Below are positions 40,026 through 54,643 of a stretch of DNA of 64,000 bases, one piece after another. Both the position numbers and the translations under genes were made by a program. The notes under the pieces are model-generated. The model searched no databases. It saw nothing but the letters and a program-made list of their open reading frames with translations, and had not been told where the DNA came from. Positions within the stretch are counted from its first letter, which is position 1, and each line of letters begins with the position of its first letter. The DNA is from Blasia pusilla (taxonomy: Eukaryota). Where the stretch lies: the NCBI GenBank assembly GCA_050084515.1, contig CM114271.1:30380001-30444000 (forward strand). The letters run 5' to 3'.

Positions 40026-40875
40026 CTATGGCCCCCGGATACTTGCTTCCGAAGAAGATGCCCCTTGCTGATTGTCAGCAGAAGTTCTGCGGCCATTGTC
40101 TACTTTCTCAACTATGCCTTTGTGGCCATCCAATGATGTTCGCATGCCTGATAGTTCCTGTCAAGAGTGACACCGGTGCTAGTATCAACAACTGATTATA
40201 CTGGAACTCAGGCGACGAAGTTGCCGATAAGTGAACGCCGCGCAATTTTGAAGCGCTACGGAACTGGTTGCATGGTATATAGTTTCTTTGAATTCAACAG
40301 CAGACAATAACAACAAGGACATCTGCAAAAAAATTGCTTCCCCACTAATGGCCCATCACAATCTGCATCTAACCCTACCCTAAGAACCCGTTAGAGGGAC
40401 AATTACTCTGAAATAACTGTAAGTTTCTTGCCCTACCTCTTGAGTTCTACGTCCAATGGCTCAACCGGAAAAGCTAGCTCGCATCTCAATTTTGGAACCG
40501 ACAAGTCCACACAACGGCAGGCGAACCGATGTCGTGATAGATGACTAACGGTACCAGCTCTACTCCGAAAATTCAAATTAATTCTCCGCAACCTAATTCG
40601 AGATATAGCAGAAATTCAGCTCTACCATCAGTATTTTACTCTCCTTTCCTATTTTTTGGTCACATATCACCCATATACAATCGAACTCAATCGTTTGACG
40701 TAGTCAGATGCTGGGGTCGTAACATGAGTCCTAACAGAGGTAGTGAGGCATAGATGAGCACCTTCATCAAATGGAGACGTAATTGACCGGGCCTCACTCC
40801 TTCACCAATACAGGCCATCACAAACTGAGAGTAATTTTGCAGAATCTTTCCTGCTGCAACCTTCTTTTCTTCCAC
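40026..40875 (-). CDS. Small conserved plant protein of unknown function; last two exons 40875-40762 and 40157-40026; 5' exon unresolved
   Basis: Phase-0 GT-AG splicing gives VEEKKVAAGKILQNYSQFVMACIGEGVRPGQLRLHLMK|ELSGMRTSL...*, resembling a plant family with a YSxFVMACIG...LRLHLMKEISGMPTSL motif (recalled, not searched). Confidence 0.65.
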
Positions 40876-42408
40876 CTAAAAACCAAGACAGATGATGTCA
40901 CACATCCAAACAAGAGCCGAAAAATAATTCAGAAACTCGAAGTTGTGCACCTGCACTGACAAGTAGCAAGTCGCGGAAAAAATTCAAGAGAACAAACTCA
41001 AAAACCGAAACTCACAGCCCGCCGATTTTATTATTCCTTTTCACATTCGGAGTTGGAATAGGAATGTGAGTAGGAACTACGTTATAGTTTCTCTGTAGGC
41101 CATCGATGACACATTTTTGACAAATTCGGAAATTTCAGATCCCACGCACGCCCCATCTAAGCTGGTTCAGGATTGGAACATCCTGAGCCCGAGTTCAGAC
41201 AATCTACCCGAGAATCGCCAAGTTTCTTCGCAGATCCTCGGATTACTAGCTTCACAGAACTGAAGACCCCTAATCACGCAATTAATCTGCGGAATTAATG
41301 CCTCGAGCGAACGCAGAGACTTGCGACCTGAATCTCACACGAATGACCGCCTCTCTGATTCTTGTCAAGAGGTTTACACAACGTGTACAAATTCGCCGCG
41401 ATACCACACCTGACATTAATTCTTAACTTTCTCGACACTACGCCAAGCATCCAACGCGAGAATCATGTCAAACAATTGCACGTGAATCGTCACAGACCTC
41501 GTAATCGTCCATGAACGATCTCCGGTTCGCGCGAGAGAAAGCGGAAGTTTTCCAAGGTTACAACAAACTCCAACAGCTCCGGGAAAGACCACGCCTCTCA
41601 ACGTGGGGCCGCTCAAATTATCTCGCCAAATTGTTCACTCATAACCGATTTCCCTCCCCCACGACGCCGATTGAAATACCAAAATCCCACCGTCTACTCA
41701 GAGCTCTCATATATCTCTTCCGAAAACGACATGGCTTTTAGGTCAACTAATACACTACGGTAACCCTGGCGAGAAGACCATGAATCTGTACTTTTCAACA
41801 GCCAGATAATACGCACAGGATAACACCGTGGTACGACAGGGAATGCAAAAAGGGGCCTAACGTTTAAAGATGTAGGGTATCGGACCAGGGTCCGGGGAGG
41901 TTTTTGCCGGAAACCCGCTGGTTGCCGGTAAACCTTAAAGTAGGACGGTTCTAGGGAAATGTTAATCGGGAAAAAAGGCAGCAAATTTTTCAGCCGGCAA
42001 ATATCTGATATATTATTTTTTTCCCAGTGATTATCCTTCTTTTAAAAAACTTTCCCGGCAGATTTCAAAAACTTTTCAGACAACCTCGGAAACTTTCCGG
42101 TAGCTAGAATATGAACCGGCTAAAATTTTTTTTTGCCCTGTGTACATTTTCCCCATTCAGATTTCTTGCTCAAGCACTTCTTACACTCACTCCATGATTT
42201 CTTCTAATTCCTGGTCCCATCTCCTTGGGTCCCTAAACTCTTTCCTCCCTAAACCCCACATGTAATATCCTTGGCAGGAATTGAACCTGGCCTGGCCTCC
42301 ACCCAACCGGGAGCCAAGGATCCTACCCCTTCATAATACATTGAAGATTTAGAACAAAACTTCAATGTATTATGAAAGGGACCTCTCACATCTCTCTTTT
42401 CCCACCAA

Positions 42409-44600
42409 CTAAACATTTGAAATTGGGGCACTTGGAGAATCCTCTTCTACATTTGCAACTTCCAATGGAGTATCATCCTTACCTTTCACATATTTCTCTG
42501 GATTAGAATACACATATCTGAAGTTAGCAGAATTTTTCCAAATAACTACTGATTCTACCAACAAATCCTCGTAATCAAGTATCTTACCCTCTAAAGCTAT
42601 CCTGAGAACAGCATCTAAATGCTTAGTCGTCAATCGATTATGACTTTTTGTTTTGATCAAATTTTGCACAGAGAAAGCTCTCTCACAAATTGCAGTACTC
42701 ACACATTGTACCCTAGCAATGTTAGCTAATACAAGCAAATTAGAGAACTTACATTGCAGAGATGGGCTCCAACTTACCATTGCCCACAAATCTCGAAAGT
42801 TTCTATCTTTCCATTCTGTGGTGGCCATGAGCTTAAAGGATTGAAACTCAGACTTCACACTTGTTGAATTCACAAGAGGTGGTTGCAAGTGACCCCTACC
42901 AGGCGTTTCCCTTCCAAAATGTGCACAAAGATCATCCACTTCCTTGCAACCCCAACTATTCAACCCTACTAACCTTGAGGGCATATGAAGAGGATTCAGA
43001 ATTTTCATTGCACCTATCAAACTATTATCCCTAAATCTATCATGTAAGGCTACACATACGTTCTCAGCAAAGTTCTTTGGAAAGTTAGAGCACGACTGTA
43101 AATCCTTTCCGTCACGATCTCTCGACATTTCAATGCTATGGAACTTTCTTCCCCTAATCTCAGATTGCGATCGTTTTGTATCCACCGGGAGGTCCAAAAT
43201 CAGGTAAGAGATGATAACCTGTTTCTTCAGAGAATGTAGAAGCATTCAAGTCATGATTCTCCATTACAAAGTTCATTGTAATAGAGGCTTTCTCAGAATT
43301 CACAATACTACCAATAGTACTAACATCTACAAATTTGTATTGGAAAACCTTACTCAAATTAGCAAGGATAAACAATATATCACTTAAAAAGTACAACCGA
43401 TAGATCATTTCAAATGATCTAAGCTTGTTGTACATGTTAGTAGCATTACCATCATCTTCAGAGCGGGGAATGTCCCTGAAATAGGTGAGAACAGATTCGA
43501 GGGAGTCACACAAAGTAGTCACAGCTTGCCATCGAGACAACCAACGAATTTTATGATATCTCCTCATGACCTTCTGAGAGTCATTCAACTTCTCTTGCAA
43601 AGTTGCAAGAGCACACTTCCTCTTTGAGGACCTTCTAAAGTATCCAGCTACAGAATTCAAGATGGAATCAATCTCTATAGATACATCTTTACAGCCTGGT
43701 CCTTTGGCTGGTGTCAAAGAAGCAAGATTGGTCCTATATGCAACACAATGTACAGAGAGCAAAATGGGTTTGCTTTCAACTTCAACTGAGATGCTACTCC
43801 ATTCTGACTACCTACCATAGTTGAGGCTCCGTTTGATCCAAAAGCCACCATATTTGAACTGTCTAGTCCCGAGTCCTTGATCAACTCCAAAAGATTGTTA
43901 GTAATGGCATTTGAACACTTCTCTGGACATTGCAACAATCCTAAGAACGAATTCTCAACCTGCCCTTCTAGCAAGTAAGTTGCAAATACAACGAGATGGC
44001 CCGTTACTGAAATATCAGTAGACTCATCAATCATGATCCCAAAGAAAGGAGATTGTTGAACTTTTGAAAGTGTCCTTCTATGCACTACCTGACTGATATA
44101 ATAACACATATCAGCACAAGTCTTCTCATCTTGGTATAAATCTCGGGTAATTGGTGCATTCACTGAAAGTAACAACTTACACAGATTCGGGAATTTGGCA
44201 AAAGCCAATGATTCCTTGGCGATGAAGTAAGCACACTTGAACAATGTTAACAAGGCTTCGTCACAAGTCCGATTAGTAGTGGCAATGGCCTTGGCCATCG
44301 ACTTGTGTCCTATATTAGCAGCCCAAGAAAGTTTCATATGCTCAATTGATTTGCCATGATCTGTAAAGGCCAAAACCTTACAGTTTATGGCACCATCCCT
44401 TGCAAATGAATTATTACCCTTTCCTTGTCTACAAACCTTGCAAAATATTCGACCAGATTCTGCATGAAACTCTATCCAGTCAAATAATCTATATCAGACA
44501 TCCTTCCAAGCCAATTGATTCTTCTCAATTAGACTACTGGAAGGAGTACCAGAATTCCCATTTTCCCTTCCATCTGAGGACCCTGACCGGCTCGAGTTCT
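42409..44600 (-). pseudogene. hAT transposase (ZNF862-like), frameshifted
   Basis: IMIDESTDIS; FGSNGASTMVG; VHCVAYR; RWLSR; STAICERAFS...RL (dimerisation domain), split over three or more ORFs. Confidence 0.9.
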
Positions 44601-45599
44601 CAGTAAAGTCTTGGCTTACGTCTTTGGCCAACATTTTGCTCATGGTTCGTTGTCTCTTAGCCATATCTCAGACAATGAAGGGTTACCAAAGGTTTAGGTC
44701 TAAACAAGGTCTCGTCTTCTAGACAAGAGCAAAACTTATTCACATCAAAAGAAAGGTGGCAGCCAAGAGTCCAAGACTCAGAGCAAAAGGCCGAAGTCAA
44801 GAAACCCAAGACTCTGACCTAAATCACTTTCTGTTGCCAAACCCGAGAGCAAAGCAGACCCCGAATCAAGATAAAGAACGATAAATAGGGCATCTGACTC
44901 GCCAGGGTGCCAAACCCGAATGCAAAGCAGACCCCGAATCCTAAGCCTAAACCCTGTCACGAAAGTGTAAACATGAAAGTGTAAACAGCCTAAACCTTGT
45001 CACGAATGTGTAAACTGAAAGCTCTAGAGTAGAGAGCTCTGTCACAAAAATATAAAGCTGTAACATAAGATGTGGCGGTCATACAAATTCAGTGAGAGAG
45101 AGAGAGAGATCACGAACTCTAACTTGAGCAAAGCTGGCCGAAATCAACGGATGCTCGTTCACAGACATACACTCGAGAGAGCCTCCGGTCACAAAATGTA
45201 AAGTTGCAAGGCCTCGTCTGCTCACGTGGACAGTGGGGCGTGGCTGCCGTGAGGTCTTTCCTTCCACGCTAACGATGGAGCTGCGGAGCACCAATAGTAT
45301 CCGGCTCATCCAAGTAATGCAAAGGTTCAAACAAAGAAGAAGGGATGGTAATGCTACAAGATTGCAGAGTCCGCCTAGCAGGGCTACGGTACAACGGCTG
45401 CGCGCACCACGATACGGAGGGAGTGGCGATTCTGGTGAAAGCAGCCCAACACAGGAAGAATTTTACGAATTACCGCATGGGACACGAGAGTCTGGATAGG
45501 TGCAAAGCAGTACAAGACAGGTGCAAAAAAGCTAATCACGCTGGAGTCGCTCGACAGGTGCAAAAAAGCTAATCATGCTCGAGTCGCTCGACCCGCTCA

Positions 45600-46170
45600 A
45601 GCTGCACAGTGACATAGTCTGGAGTCTACAGTCTGGAGTCTGGAGTTCGAGCAACTTTGGAAGTTCGCGCATTCGGGGAATGGACCCCCTACAGTGGCAG
45701 CAGCAAGCCCTCGGAGTCTCGGACGAGTCGGACGGTCTGGGAGTCTGCACTCTGGAGTCTGGAGTTCGAACATCGAGCAACTTCGGAACTTCGCGACTTC
45801 GCGCCTTCGGGGATTCGGGGAATAGACCAACTCTAGATGCAGCTGCAAGCCCTCGGAGTCTCGGACGAGTCGGACGGTCTAGGAGTCTGCACTCTGGAGT
45901 CTGGAGTTCGAACTTCGAGCAACTTCGGAACTTCGCGACTTCGCGCCTTCGGGGATTCGGGGAATGGACCAGCTCTAGATGCTTGTTTGCAAGCCCTGAG
46001 TCTCGCATAAGTCGGACGGTCCGGGAGTCCAGACGGAGTCCGGATGTGGAGTTCGGGCAAATTCGGAAGCTCGCGCCTTCGGGGATTCGGGGAATGGAGC
46101 CCCTGCAGCGGCAGCAGCAAACCCTCGGAGTCTCGGACGAGTCGGACGCAGGGTCTGGGAGTCTCGGACC
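45600..46170. repeat. GC-rich ~140-bp tandem repeat (about 4 copies) inside the hAT
   Basis: CCCTCGGAGTCTCGGACGAGTCGGACG and TTCGGGGAATGGA recur at roughly 130-145-bp spacing. Confidence 0.85.
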
Positions 46171-47445
46171 TCGGCCACCCGACTCACCCCCACTCAGCGG
46201 CACTCAGCCACTCACTCGTTCCCTTCGGCCCTAAATTGCGGCTGCCCTACATCGGATGGCCAAGATCTCCTCATGATGCATCTAACGGTTCTCACGGGAT
46301 ATCCGCTATTCCGACCACCTGAAAGTGGTCCAGCGAAAGACCGACCGCCGTCAAACGCATTCCGGACGGAATCCGGGAGATGTGACCGGCAGCTGCCATA
46401 TTTCGGCGTAGTCCTCCCGGGAAACGGCACATTTCCGGTGCAAAAATTGCCGACCATCCAGAAACCAGAATATCCTCTGATGCCGTCAGAATCTTAGCCG
46501 GCTAATTTTCCCGGGCGTCGTCAATTACTGATTTCAATCGGCCAGCTTTACTCTACTTGCCGGTTCTCCCCGGACGTTGTATCGGACCCACCTTCGTGAA
46601 AATGTTTCAATTTTTTATTCAATAAGTAGAAATTTTCTATAAGGTTGGTTTAAGAGGTTTCCACTAGATTTTTATACGTGAGAGTAGCAAGGCTAGACTT
46701 ACTTTGGATGAGATTTCTTTTTAGAGCGTGTCCCCATGGAGTCCGCGGCGGAAAATCCCATTGGGCCTAGGTCGATGGTCCTATCATTGGTCCAGCGGGA
46801 CAACGAGTTTCATCCAATGTCAAGTGTGTTGTATTGATTTCTGACGTTTGGTTATGATCAAGTGTAAGAAAACGACGGGCTAGAGTCCTTTTATTTCCCA
46901 AGGACCGTCCTTGATGTTTCTATGTCGTAAATTTCACCACGCATAAGGACCAAAGACCCACCTATGGTTTGTGAAATGATAACCGTCGATCGTACATCGG
47001 AAGGATCCTGCGACAATGAAATTGCCCCAGGGGTCTTGCTCTTAAAGGAGTTGATCTATATTTGGATCTATACTTTGAGCATGGCGATATGGAGTTGATA
47101 ACAACTATAGATTTATTATCCTAAAAAGGAATAGCAACCTAGGCAATTTGAAGGACTCGGTTGAAGAAATCCATAAGGAGAAGGCAATCACATTAGTGTT
47201 TGATACCATGCTTGAAAAACCTTTAAAAACAAGCCAAGGAGATTGGATGAGCACAAGGACAAAGAGATTTGTGTCAAGGTAGATTGCCATGTTAGGATAG
47301 AAATCTCGTGCAAAATTTGGAATGTCAACCATTGGATGAGGATGTAGATTACTGAGGGCATTTACTACATTGGTTATGAGAGGTGGAATCATTATGTTAA
47401 CCTATGTGGTATATTACATGTGCTACTCATAAGCTTTAGTAGCTA

Positions 47446-48581
47446 GTGGGGTTCAATCCTAGGATCCCAACTTGGTTTGAAGAACATAAGGCATCTCAAG
47501 TGAGGCAAGATGCATGCTTTGAAGTTGGGGATCTCATCTTGATAAGACTAAAGTTCCACCAACTACCTATAAGTATTTTCGGGAGGATGGCACCAAGATA
47601 TGCAAGATCGTATGGGATACTCAAAAAGGTTAGGGAGATGTCGTACTCATTGAGATTGCCATTGGAAATGAGGAGTGGATTTCCTTATAAGTCTTGTCTC
47701 AATGGATTTCCTTAGCATTAGCCATAGCTTGATAGCGTCAAGCTTGTCGTGATTGGGTCATAAGCCTTTTGTGGTCAACACGAGTCCCAAGAATTTGACT
47801 TCTTAGATGATGAAAGGACACTTACAAGGTTTCGCAAAAAACTTGTTATTCTTCAAATTCCCAAGACTTCTTTGAGAAGAACCTCGTGTTCCTCTTGGGA
47901 TCACCACATATATGAGGATGTAATCAAAGAAAATCACTAGTTCCCTATCTAACAAATCTTGAAAGGTATAATTCACATATGAGGGTCATGAAAGTATTTG
48001 GCACGTTGGTTAGTTCTAATGATATCATTAGGAATTTTTAGGATGCGAATCATGTCGCATGTTGTCTTATGTTCATTCCTTTTTGTAATTCGGATTTGGT
48101 AATAACCTTTCCTTAGGTCTATCTTGATAAAATACTTGGACCTTACAACCACATCAAACAAGTCATCTGCCAAAGGCAACAAATATTTGTTCTTGATGAT
48201 TTTTTGGTTCAACGCCCTATAATCCATGCAAAATTTCATAGGCCCATTCTTTTTTGAGATGAAAAGGGAAGGGGCTCCAAATGCCAACTTACTGGGATCA
48301 AATAAACCCACTTTCCTTGAATGGCTTAATGTGCTTATACTAGTGCTTATACAAGAGTTTTCTTTCTTTGGGGTGTCATCCTCCAAGGATTTCTCGCAAT
48401 TGAGGTCGACCATTCTAGGAAAAAGTTCAATCTTATCATCCATGTCTCTCCTACGTGGCAACCCTTTTGGATGATCCTCGCTTAAGTCATCCCCCAAATA
48501 TTCCAAGATTTTTCTCACCCTAGGCGTGAGATTCCCGTTTAGTTCCTCCTTTAACGATACTTCATTTGTTTCAAACTTCAT
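47446..48581. pseudogene. Remnants of an unrelated conventional Ty3/Gypsy: RT fragment (-, ~47900-48581) and integrase C-terminus (+, 47446-47715)
   Basis: GAPSLFISKKNG.MKFCMDYRALN...KIDLRKGYYQIRI (-); FEVGDL...MAPRY...YSLRLP (+). Confidence 0.75.
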
Positions 48582-51500
48582 GTTTTCAACATGACTCCCA
48601 AAAATTAGCCCAAAATTGAAATTTTCACTTAAGATCCTTTCATACTACGTCCCTACAAGAAACTCCGCCCCTTATTTCCTAAGACCAATCCCATGGCATA
48701 CACTTGTCTTTCTCTAGTCTTCTGATTAGCTAGTCTGTAAATATATAGTTCGCTTTGGTGTGTCTTACCAAAGTTTATCCTCCTTAGACCAATGATTATG
48801 ACTTGCTTCTTCGGTCCCTATATATTAGCATAGAGTTAGCTATTTGCGACGTTCATGTAATCTTGTTCTATCCATTTATATCTACGATATGAGCTAGTAT
48901 CGTATCTATATACTAGTTCTTCTTACTCATTGGTATTTCCACCATCCCAAAGGTGGGAAGTGGAGCCACGAGGAGATCTAGGTACAATTGAGATTTTTTT
49001 TGTTGGGATTTGAGTCTTTTTCAAAGTGAGTTAAATAGTGTCATACTTCAAAAATGGTACTTCACTTGGTTTCCCATTGAAGAAGCCATAGCAACTAGGT
49101 TGCAACATTGTAGAACATTAGGTTTAGGTATAATAACTCGGAATCCATAGAGTTATTATACCTAAACTCTACCATTGGAGAATATGTTGCCCAATTCATT
49201 TGATCTACTGAGATATAGTTTCATAGATATCCCTCAAGCACCAAGTTTACTTGTTCTGCTTAACCCAAAGTGTTCAATTGGTGACCTAAACATAAGAGCA
49301 GATCTGTTTCGAGTGCTTCAACAAACATATCTTGAACTTAGAGACAAACTTGATGTCATGATCATATATTAGTTCATTCAATAAGCCCGAATATATATCT
49401 CAAAATATGGTCGAGATACTTCAATGATTTAATTACATTTTGAGTCAGAATGAGAATTCCCATTTTAGAAAATCAATCTACTTCCATTATTAAGATTGAA
49501 TTAAATCCTTTCAACTCAAATCCCCATGATGAAATCTATGTCACATCTGAGTAGCCGATAGGCTGAGATCTATCGTGGATAGGGCGTAGGAGCCAACGGA
49601 CTATGTTGAGTGTAACTTTGTCCCACGGTATTGGATGAGGTTGAGGATAGATCCATTGTGTCAGGAATGTCCTTTCTGATAACTTTCATGTTGAGGTCTT
49701 TTACAGTCGGGTGACTTGTTGACCAGGTCACCCGCCCCTGGTAACCTGTGCGCGCAGGTTACCAAGGGGAGGGCTATTTTTAGGCTCTTCCCAACCCTAT
49801 ATAAGAGAGGAAGATGGCTTTCCTGAGCCATCTTTCTCATGTTGGGCCGTTGGAGCACCTCCCTTGTATGTGTGTGAGATAGGACTAGGGTGCTAGCGTC
49901 CGGATTCCTTGATAGCACAAGGTGGACGAGGATCAATATGCCAATGTAGATTGAGGAGTGGAGTTTTAGGCCGGGTGTGCCATTTTTACTACTCTTTATT
50001 TTTACATGAGAAAGATGTCAGGGGGCTGGTGGGAATTCATTTTTTGCAGGTAGGCAAGCGAGTTGCCTTGGTTGGGAGCCCGTGGAGACATTGGTTGGCG
50101 TCGTATTTGTCATTTTTTTGTGCTCGGAAGGCCGTGGGCGGAAGCGTTGTCCGTTTTTTCTCAGATTTTGTTGGTGCACAGGGATTGGGGACAACGGCAG
50201 AGTGTAGTACGGAGTGGGCGTCGGGTGTACGCGAGTGAGTATCGAGAGAGAGAAGAAAAGAGAGTTAGGGCTTGCAGCCGCCGGGGGCACTGACGGGCGT
50301 TTAGGTCGGCGGGCGGCGACGGCGCGCCCCCTCCCCATTTATTGCTTCCTCCCCAAAAGTTGGGGAGGCATATAGGGTGCGGGCCAGCCCCCGCATTTAG
50401 GGCCCAAGGGGCCCGCATAGGGCCGCGGGCCAGGTTACTCCCCCCTCCAACGTGGTAGGACGGACGAGGTCGGTCCGGCGAACGTGGTAGGGCACGGACA
50501 GATGTGGTCAGTCGGCAGAGGTCGTTGAGAGTCCGGATGTGGTGGGGGTCATATTCACGTGGTCGGACAAGGCATACGTGGTTGGAGTGGAGCCCGACCA
50601 GGGTGAGTCAGGTTACATGCCGCGTGTGGGGATGGACGGAGATGTTTGCGTGACATGATGTTTTTGGGGCCCGACAGGGCGTTGCGAGAGTTGACGATGG
50701 AGGGGCAGTGCGCATGATGCCGACAGGTTGTCCGCATCTGTTGACGGGAGGATCGACGTGTTTGTCGAGGAGAGTGTTGTGTTGCGGAGATTGTCATATC
50801 ACGTGGAGGAGTGCATGTTGACGGTGCAGTAGGTTGGAGGGCGTGATCAGGTTACCCATTCGAGTCCCTTTTCCCGCACTTGTCGTATGTGATTGAGAGT
50901 GTTGGGTATCGGGTAGTAGCTGGTGCTTGGTGGGTGCAGTGATGGTGACGAGTGTAGATCTTGTTCATGTGTAGCACATTGGTGGATATACGGCGGTTGC
51001 CGAGTAGGGGTCGCGTGTATGACCCGAGAGAGTGTCGCTACGTTAGGTGAGTCAGTTGTGAGGCTCATGGTGAGCCCGAGTGTTGAGTGTGCGTGAGGCC
51101 GGGTATGTCATCACGGGATTGATGTAAGCATAGGTGAGATAGTGAGGAGTGTGGGAGACTCGCGGTAAGTCTGAGCCCTTGAGCGGGTGAGACAGGGTTT
51201 GTCATCACGGCGTTCTTCCAGGGTTCGGAAGAACGGGGTAGTGCGAGCAATAGTGGTGGTGTGACATAGAGTGGAGTGAGATACCGAGGGGTTACCAGTG
51301 AAGAGCTACCTCGACATCCATCCCTGGCTGGATCATCATCACTGGACATTGGGTCTGGTGACGAGATCGCAAACAGAGACAGTAGTACTTGGCAGGAGAT
51401 GGATGACATGGGCCATCGGGGCATGCGTCGTTTCTCGGGTGCAGTGGGCACCATCGACTTAGATGATTTTATCCAGGAGTTTGACACATGGTGCGACTTC

Positions 51501-52549
51501 CACGAGATACGGACCCTGACACAGTTCAACCCTTTCATGGCATGGAAGGGGCTGTTCCAGCACTTGGAGGGTCCTCCGATGGATGACTACATGGAGTTTT
51601 GATCACTATATTCACTAGAGATCGATGCCTGGAGGATGTATTGGGCTCCAGGATATGTGTCCACTAGTGGTCGCAAGGCATATGATGGGATTGTGAGAGG
51701 AGAGAGACCCACACCATCAGCCTGGAGACTAGATGGAGAGGAGGGCAGTGAGACACGCGATGTGGTAGAGACCTCTGGTGGTAGAGGGCCACCTAGCTTC
51801 AGCCCCACAGTGGAGTTCTTCCGATAGTTGGGGAAGAGCTACCGGGCATGCACCGACAAGTGAAGAGTCTCTGTGGATTTCGGTGACGATCGGATGAGAG
51901 TCTGAGAGAGGCATTCACACGCATGAGGAGGCTGATCATTGCTACGTTTGGAGTGACTGAGGCGCAGTCAGTCCAGTATTGGTACGGGACTCTGGATCGA
52001 GAACTACGGAGGAGAGTCCGAGATGCGGTGCTGATTCACACAATGAAGCCCACATTGAAGGTGGTCTTTGAGTTGTCTGAGCGTATTGAGCTTAACATGA
52101 GTGAGGAGCAGATAGTGACCGCTGGATTTTCTTGAGAGTCGACGGGTCCACGAGCGACGCTGACCCTAGAGGTGCCACAGCGAGCACCACTACCACGAGA
52201 CACTAGAAGAAATGGGTGGTTTTTATGACTAGTCTTTAAATGACTCAATGAAAGAATGACTCAAATTATGACTTAAATGGTTTAGTCATAACATTTAAGG
52301 TTCGTATAACTCACCTAGTCATCTCCTCATGACTAAAGTAGTTATCAATACCCTTTAGACATCACGAGTCATATTTGTTTCACTTGGGTAGTAATTATGA
52401 GTCGTAAAAAATGACTGACGTGTTTAAATGATTTAATGTTGCAATGTTACCGTGTTTCCTAATCATATTGGGATATAATTTCGTACCCATTTTTAAATTT
52501 TTATTCTTAGACACAAATATTTCTTTCTTTGTGTTCTTCTTTTCGATTT

Positions 52550-54100
52550 TTCGGAGGGGGGAAAAGGAGGTGTGATTGATGAGGACGAGAGCTTTGATTC
52601 TTTCAAGTCCTTCGGTGATTTCATGATATAATGAAGGTGTCTATTCTTCCTATCATTCGATGGTGCTCAAACTTGGCACAAAATCCCTCAAAACCTTCAA
52701 CGGTTTAGATCTTCCATTTTCGCCCCCATTCTTATTCAACAAATTAAACACCCTTTTTAGGGTTTACGATTTTTAATTCCATGTGTGAGTGGTAATTTGA
52801 AGTTTTTTCTTTTCCCCTGTGTTCCTTGGGTGGAGGTGCTCCTATGGGAGAAGTTTCCTGATTTTTGGACCCTTCCTTGATGGGGGAGGGGGGAAAAAGG
52901 GGTTTTGTGGAGAAGAAAGAGGGCTTTGAGTAGGATTCTTTCGAGTTATTGAGACATTTCATGTTAATATGAAGGTAAATCTCCTATCAGCCATTAGATG
53001 CTGAAAAAATTGGCACCAGCCTTGGTACCTAGTGCCTCAAAAATTACAACGGTTCAGATCTTCTTATTTAGCCCCATCTCATTCAAAAAACTAAACATCT
53101 TGTTTAGGGTTTACGATTTTTAATTCCATGTGTGAGTGGTCATTTGAAGTTTTTTCTTTTCCCTTGTGTTCCTAGGGTGGAGGTGCTCCTATAGGAGAAG
53201 TTTCCGGATTTTGGACCCTTATGGAGGGTGGAGGGTAGAAAAACAGGGGTCAAGGAGGAGGACAAGGGCCTTGAGTAGGCTTCTTTCGAGTCCTTGTGAC
53301 ATTTTCATATTATCATGGATTTAACTTTTTGTCCCACCATTGGACGGTGGTGCAACTTGGCACACACCAATTTCTTAAATCCCTCCACATCTTCAACGGT
53401 TCAGATCTGCCAGTTAGCCCTCCATGCTCAAACAAAAAATGAAAGACCAATTTTAGGGTTTACGATTTTTAATTCCATGTGTGAGTGATCATTTGAAGTT
53501 TTTCTTTTGCCCTCTATCCTTGGGTTAGGGATGCCACCCTCAGAAATGTTTCATGGTTTTTGGATCCCTTGTGAAGAGTGGAGGTAGAAAGAAGCGCCAA
53601 GAAGGAGGACAAGGGCCTCAAGTATGATTTTTTCGAGTCCTTGTCTTATTTTCCTGTTATTATGGAGTTAACTTTTGGTCCTACCATTGGATGGTGATGA
53701 AACTTTGCGCACACCAAGGTCTCAAGGTTTTCCACGTCTTCAATGGTTCAGATTTTCTAGTTAGCCAATCATGCTCAAACCAAAAATGGAATACCGGTTT
53801 AGGGCTTACGATTTTTAATTACATGTGTGAGTGATCATTTGGACTTTTTTCTTTTTTCTTGTGTTTATAGGATAGGGGTTCCACCTTGGGAAAAGTTTCA
53901 TTGTTTGTGTGCCCCTTGTGAAGGGTGGAGGGTAGAAAAAGAGGGTTGAAGAGAGGGATTATTTTGAGTCCTTGTGGTATTTTCATGTTATCATGGAATT
54001 AACGTCTCGTCCCACCAGTGGATGGTGCTGAAACTTGGCACAAGTCAATGCATAAAATTCCTCCACAACTTCAACGGTTCAGATTTTCCAATTAACCCCC
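52550..54100. repeat. ~347-bp tandem repeat, about 4.5 diverged copies
   Basis: TTAGGGTTTACGATTTTTAATTCCATGTGTGAGTG recurs at ~52757, 53104, 53453 and 53799. Confidence 0.88.
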
Positions 54101-54641
54101 TGAGTTATATTTTTTAAATGCCCTGTGTCTTACAAACTATTTATTTGGAGACTCACATGACAACTCCCATCACATTTGTATGAATGGTCACGATGTGCAA
54201 AATACCCATGAGCAAAATGAGTCGGGTAACCTTCCATATTGTGTTGGAAATAGAAAGGAAGGATGTGGCATGTTACGAGAAGGAATGTTGATGTGGCATG
54301 GAAGGGAATGATGATGTGGCATGGAACGTTTAGGGTTCCTCTCGTTGTTTTGTCCCGAAGTGAGTGTGTGGCGGGAGAGAGTGAGTAGAGTGCAGAGTGT
54401 GGGACGTTCAGAGTTTCCTCCAGGCGGGAGTGGAGAGTTCGGAGGTCGGGAGTGGGAAGTTTGAAGATCAGGGGAGTGGGGAGGTCGAAGTGGAGAGGTC
54501 GAGATCAAGTGGGATGTTCACAGATAAGGATGATGGTCGGTGTTTGAGTCCTTTCACGACAAGTGTGCAATCTTATGAACAACAAATTCTGAAGACTCGT
54601 TTTGCAAATGAGAGTTGCAAAGTGCAACATTCTTGGCCGCG

Positions 54642-54643
<2 letters not shown>

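Larger units (their letters stand above)
41886..46579 (-). mobile_element. hAT DNA transposon, complete termini
   Basis: Imperfect 14-bp TIRs CAGGGTCCGGGGAG / CTCCCCGGACGTTG; 8-bp TSD TATCGGAC at 41878-41885 and 46580-46587; CCGG-rich subtermini. Confidence 0.93.

Noticed and set aside
42271-42330. tRNA-like or SINE sequence on the minus strand (GGTAGGAT...GGTTCAATTCC)
   Set aside because: Only a box-B-like match; no convincing cloverleaf.
45532-46322. Overlapping ~220-aa ORFs on both strands, or a CRISPR-like array
   Set aside because: They arise from a GC-rich tandem repeat; there are no unique spacers or cas genes.
47105-47392. Possible non-LTR retrotransposon remnant (ALSNLHP...)
   Set aside because: Resemblance is from memory only; no diagnostic RT motif.
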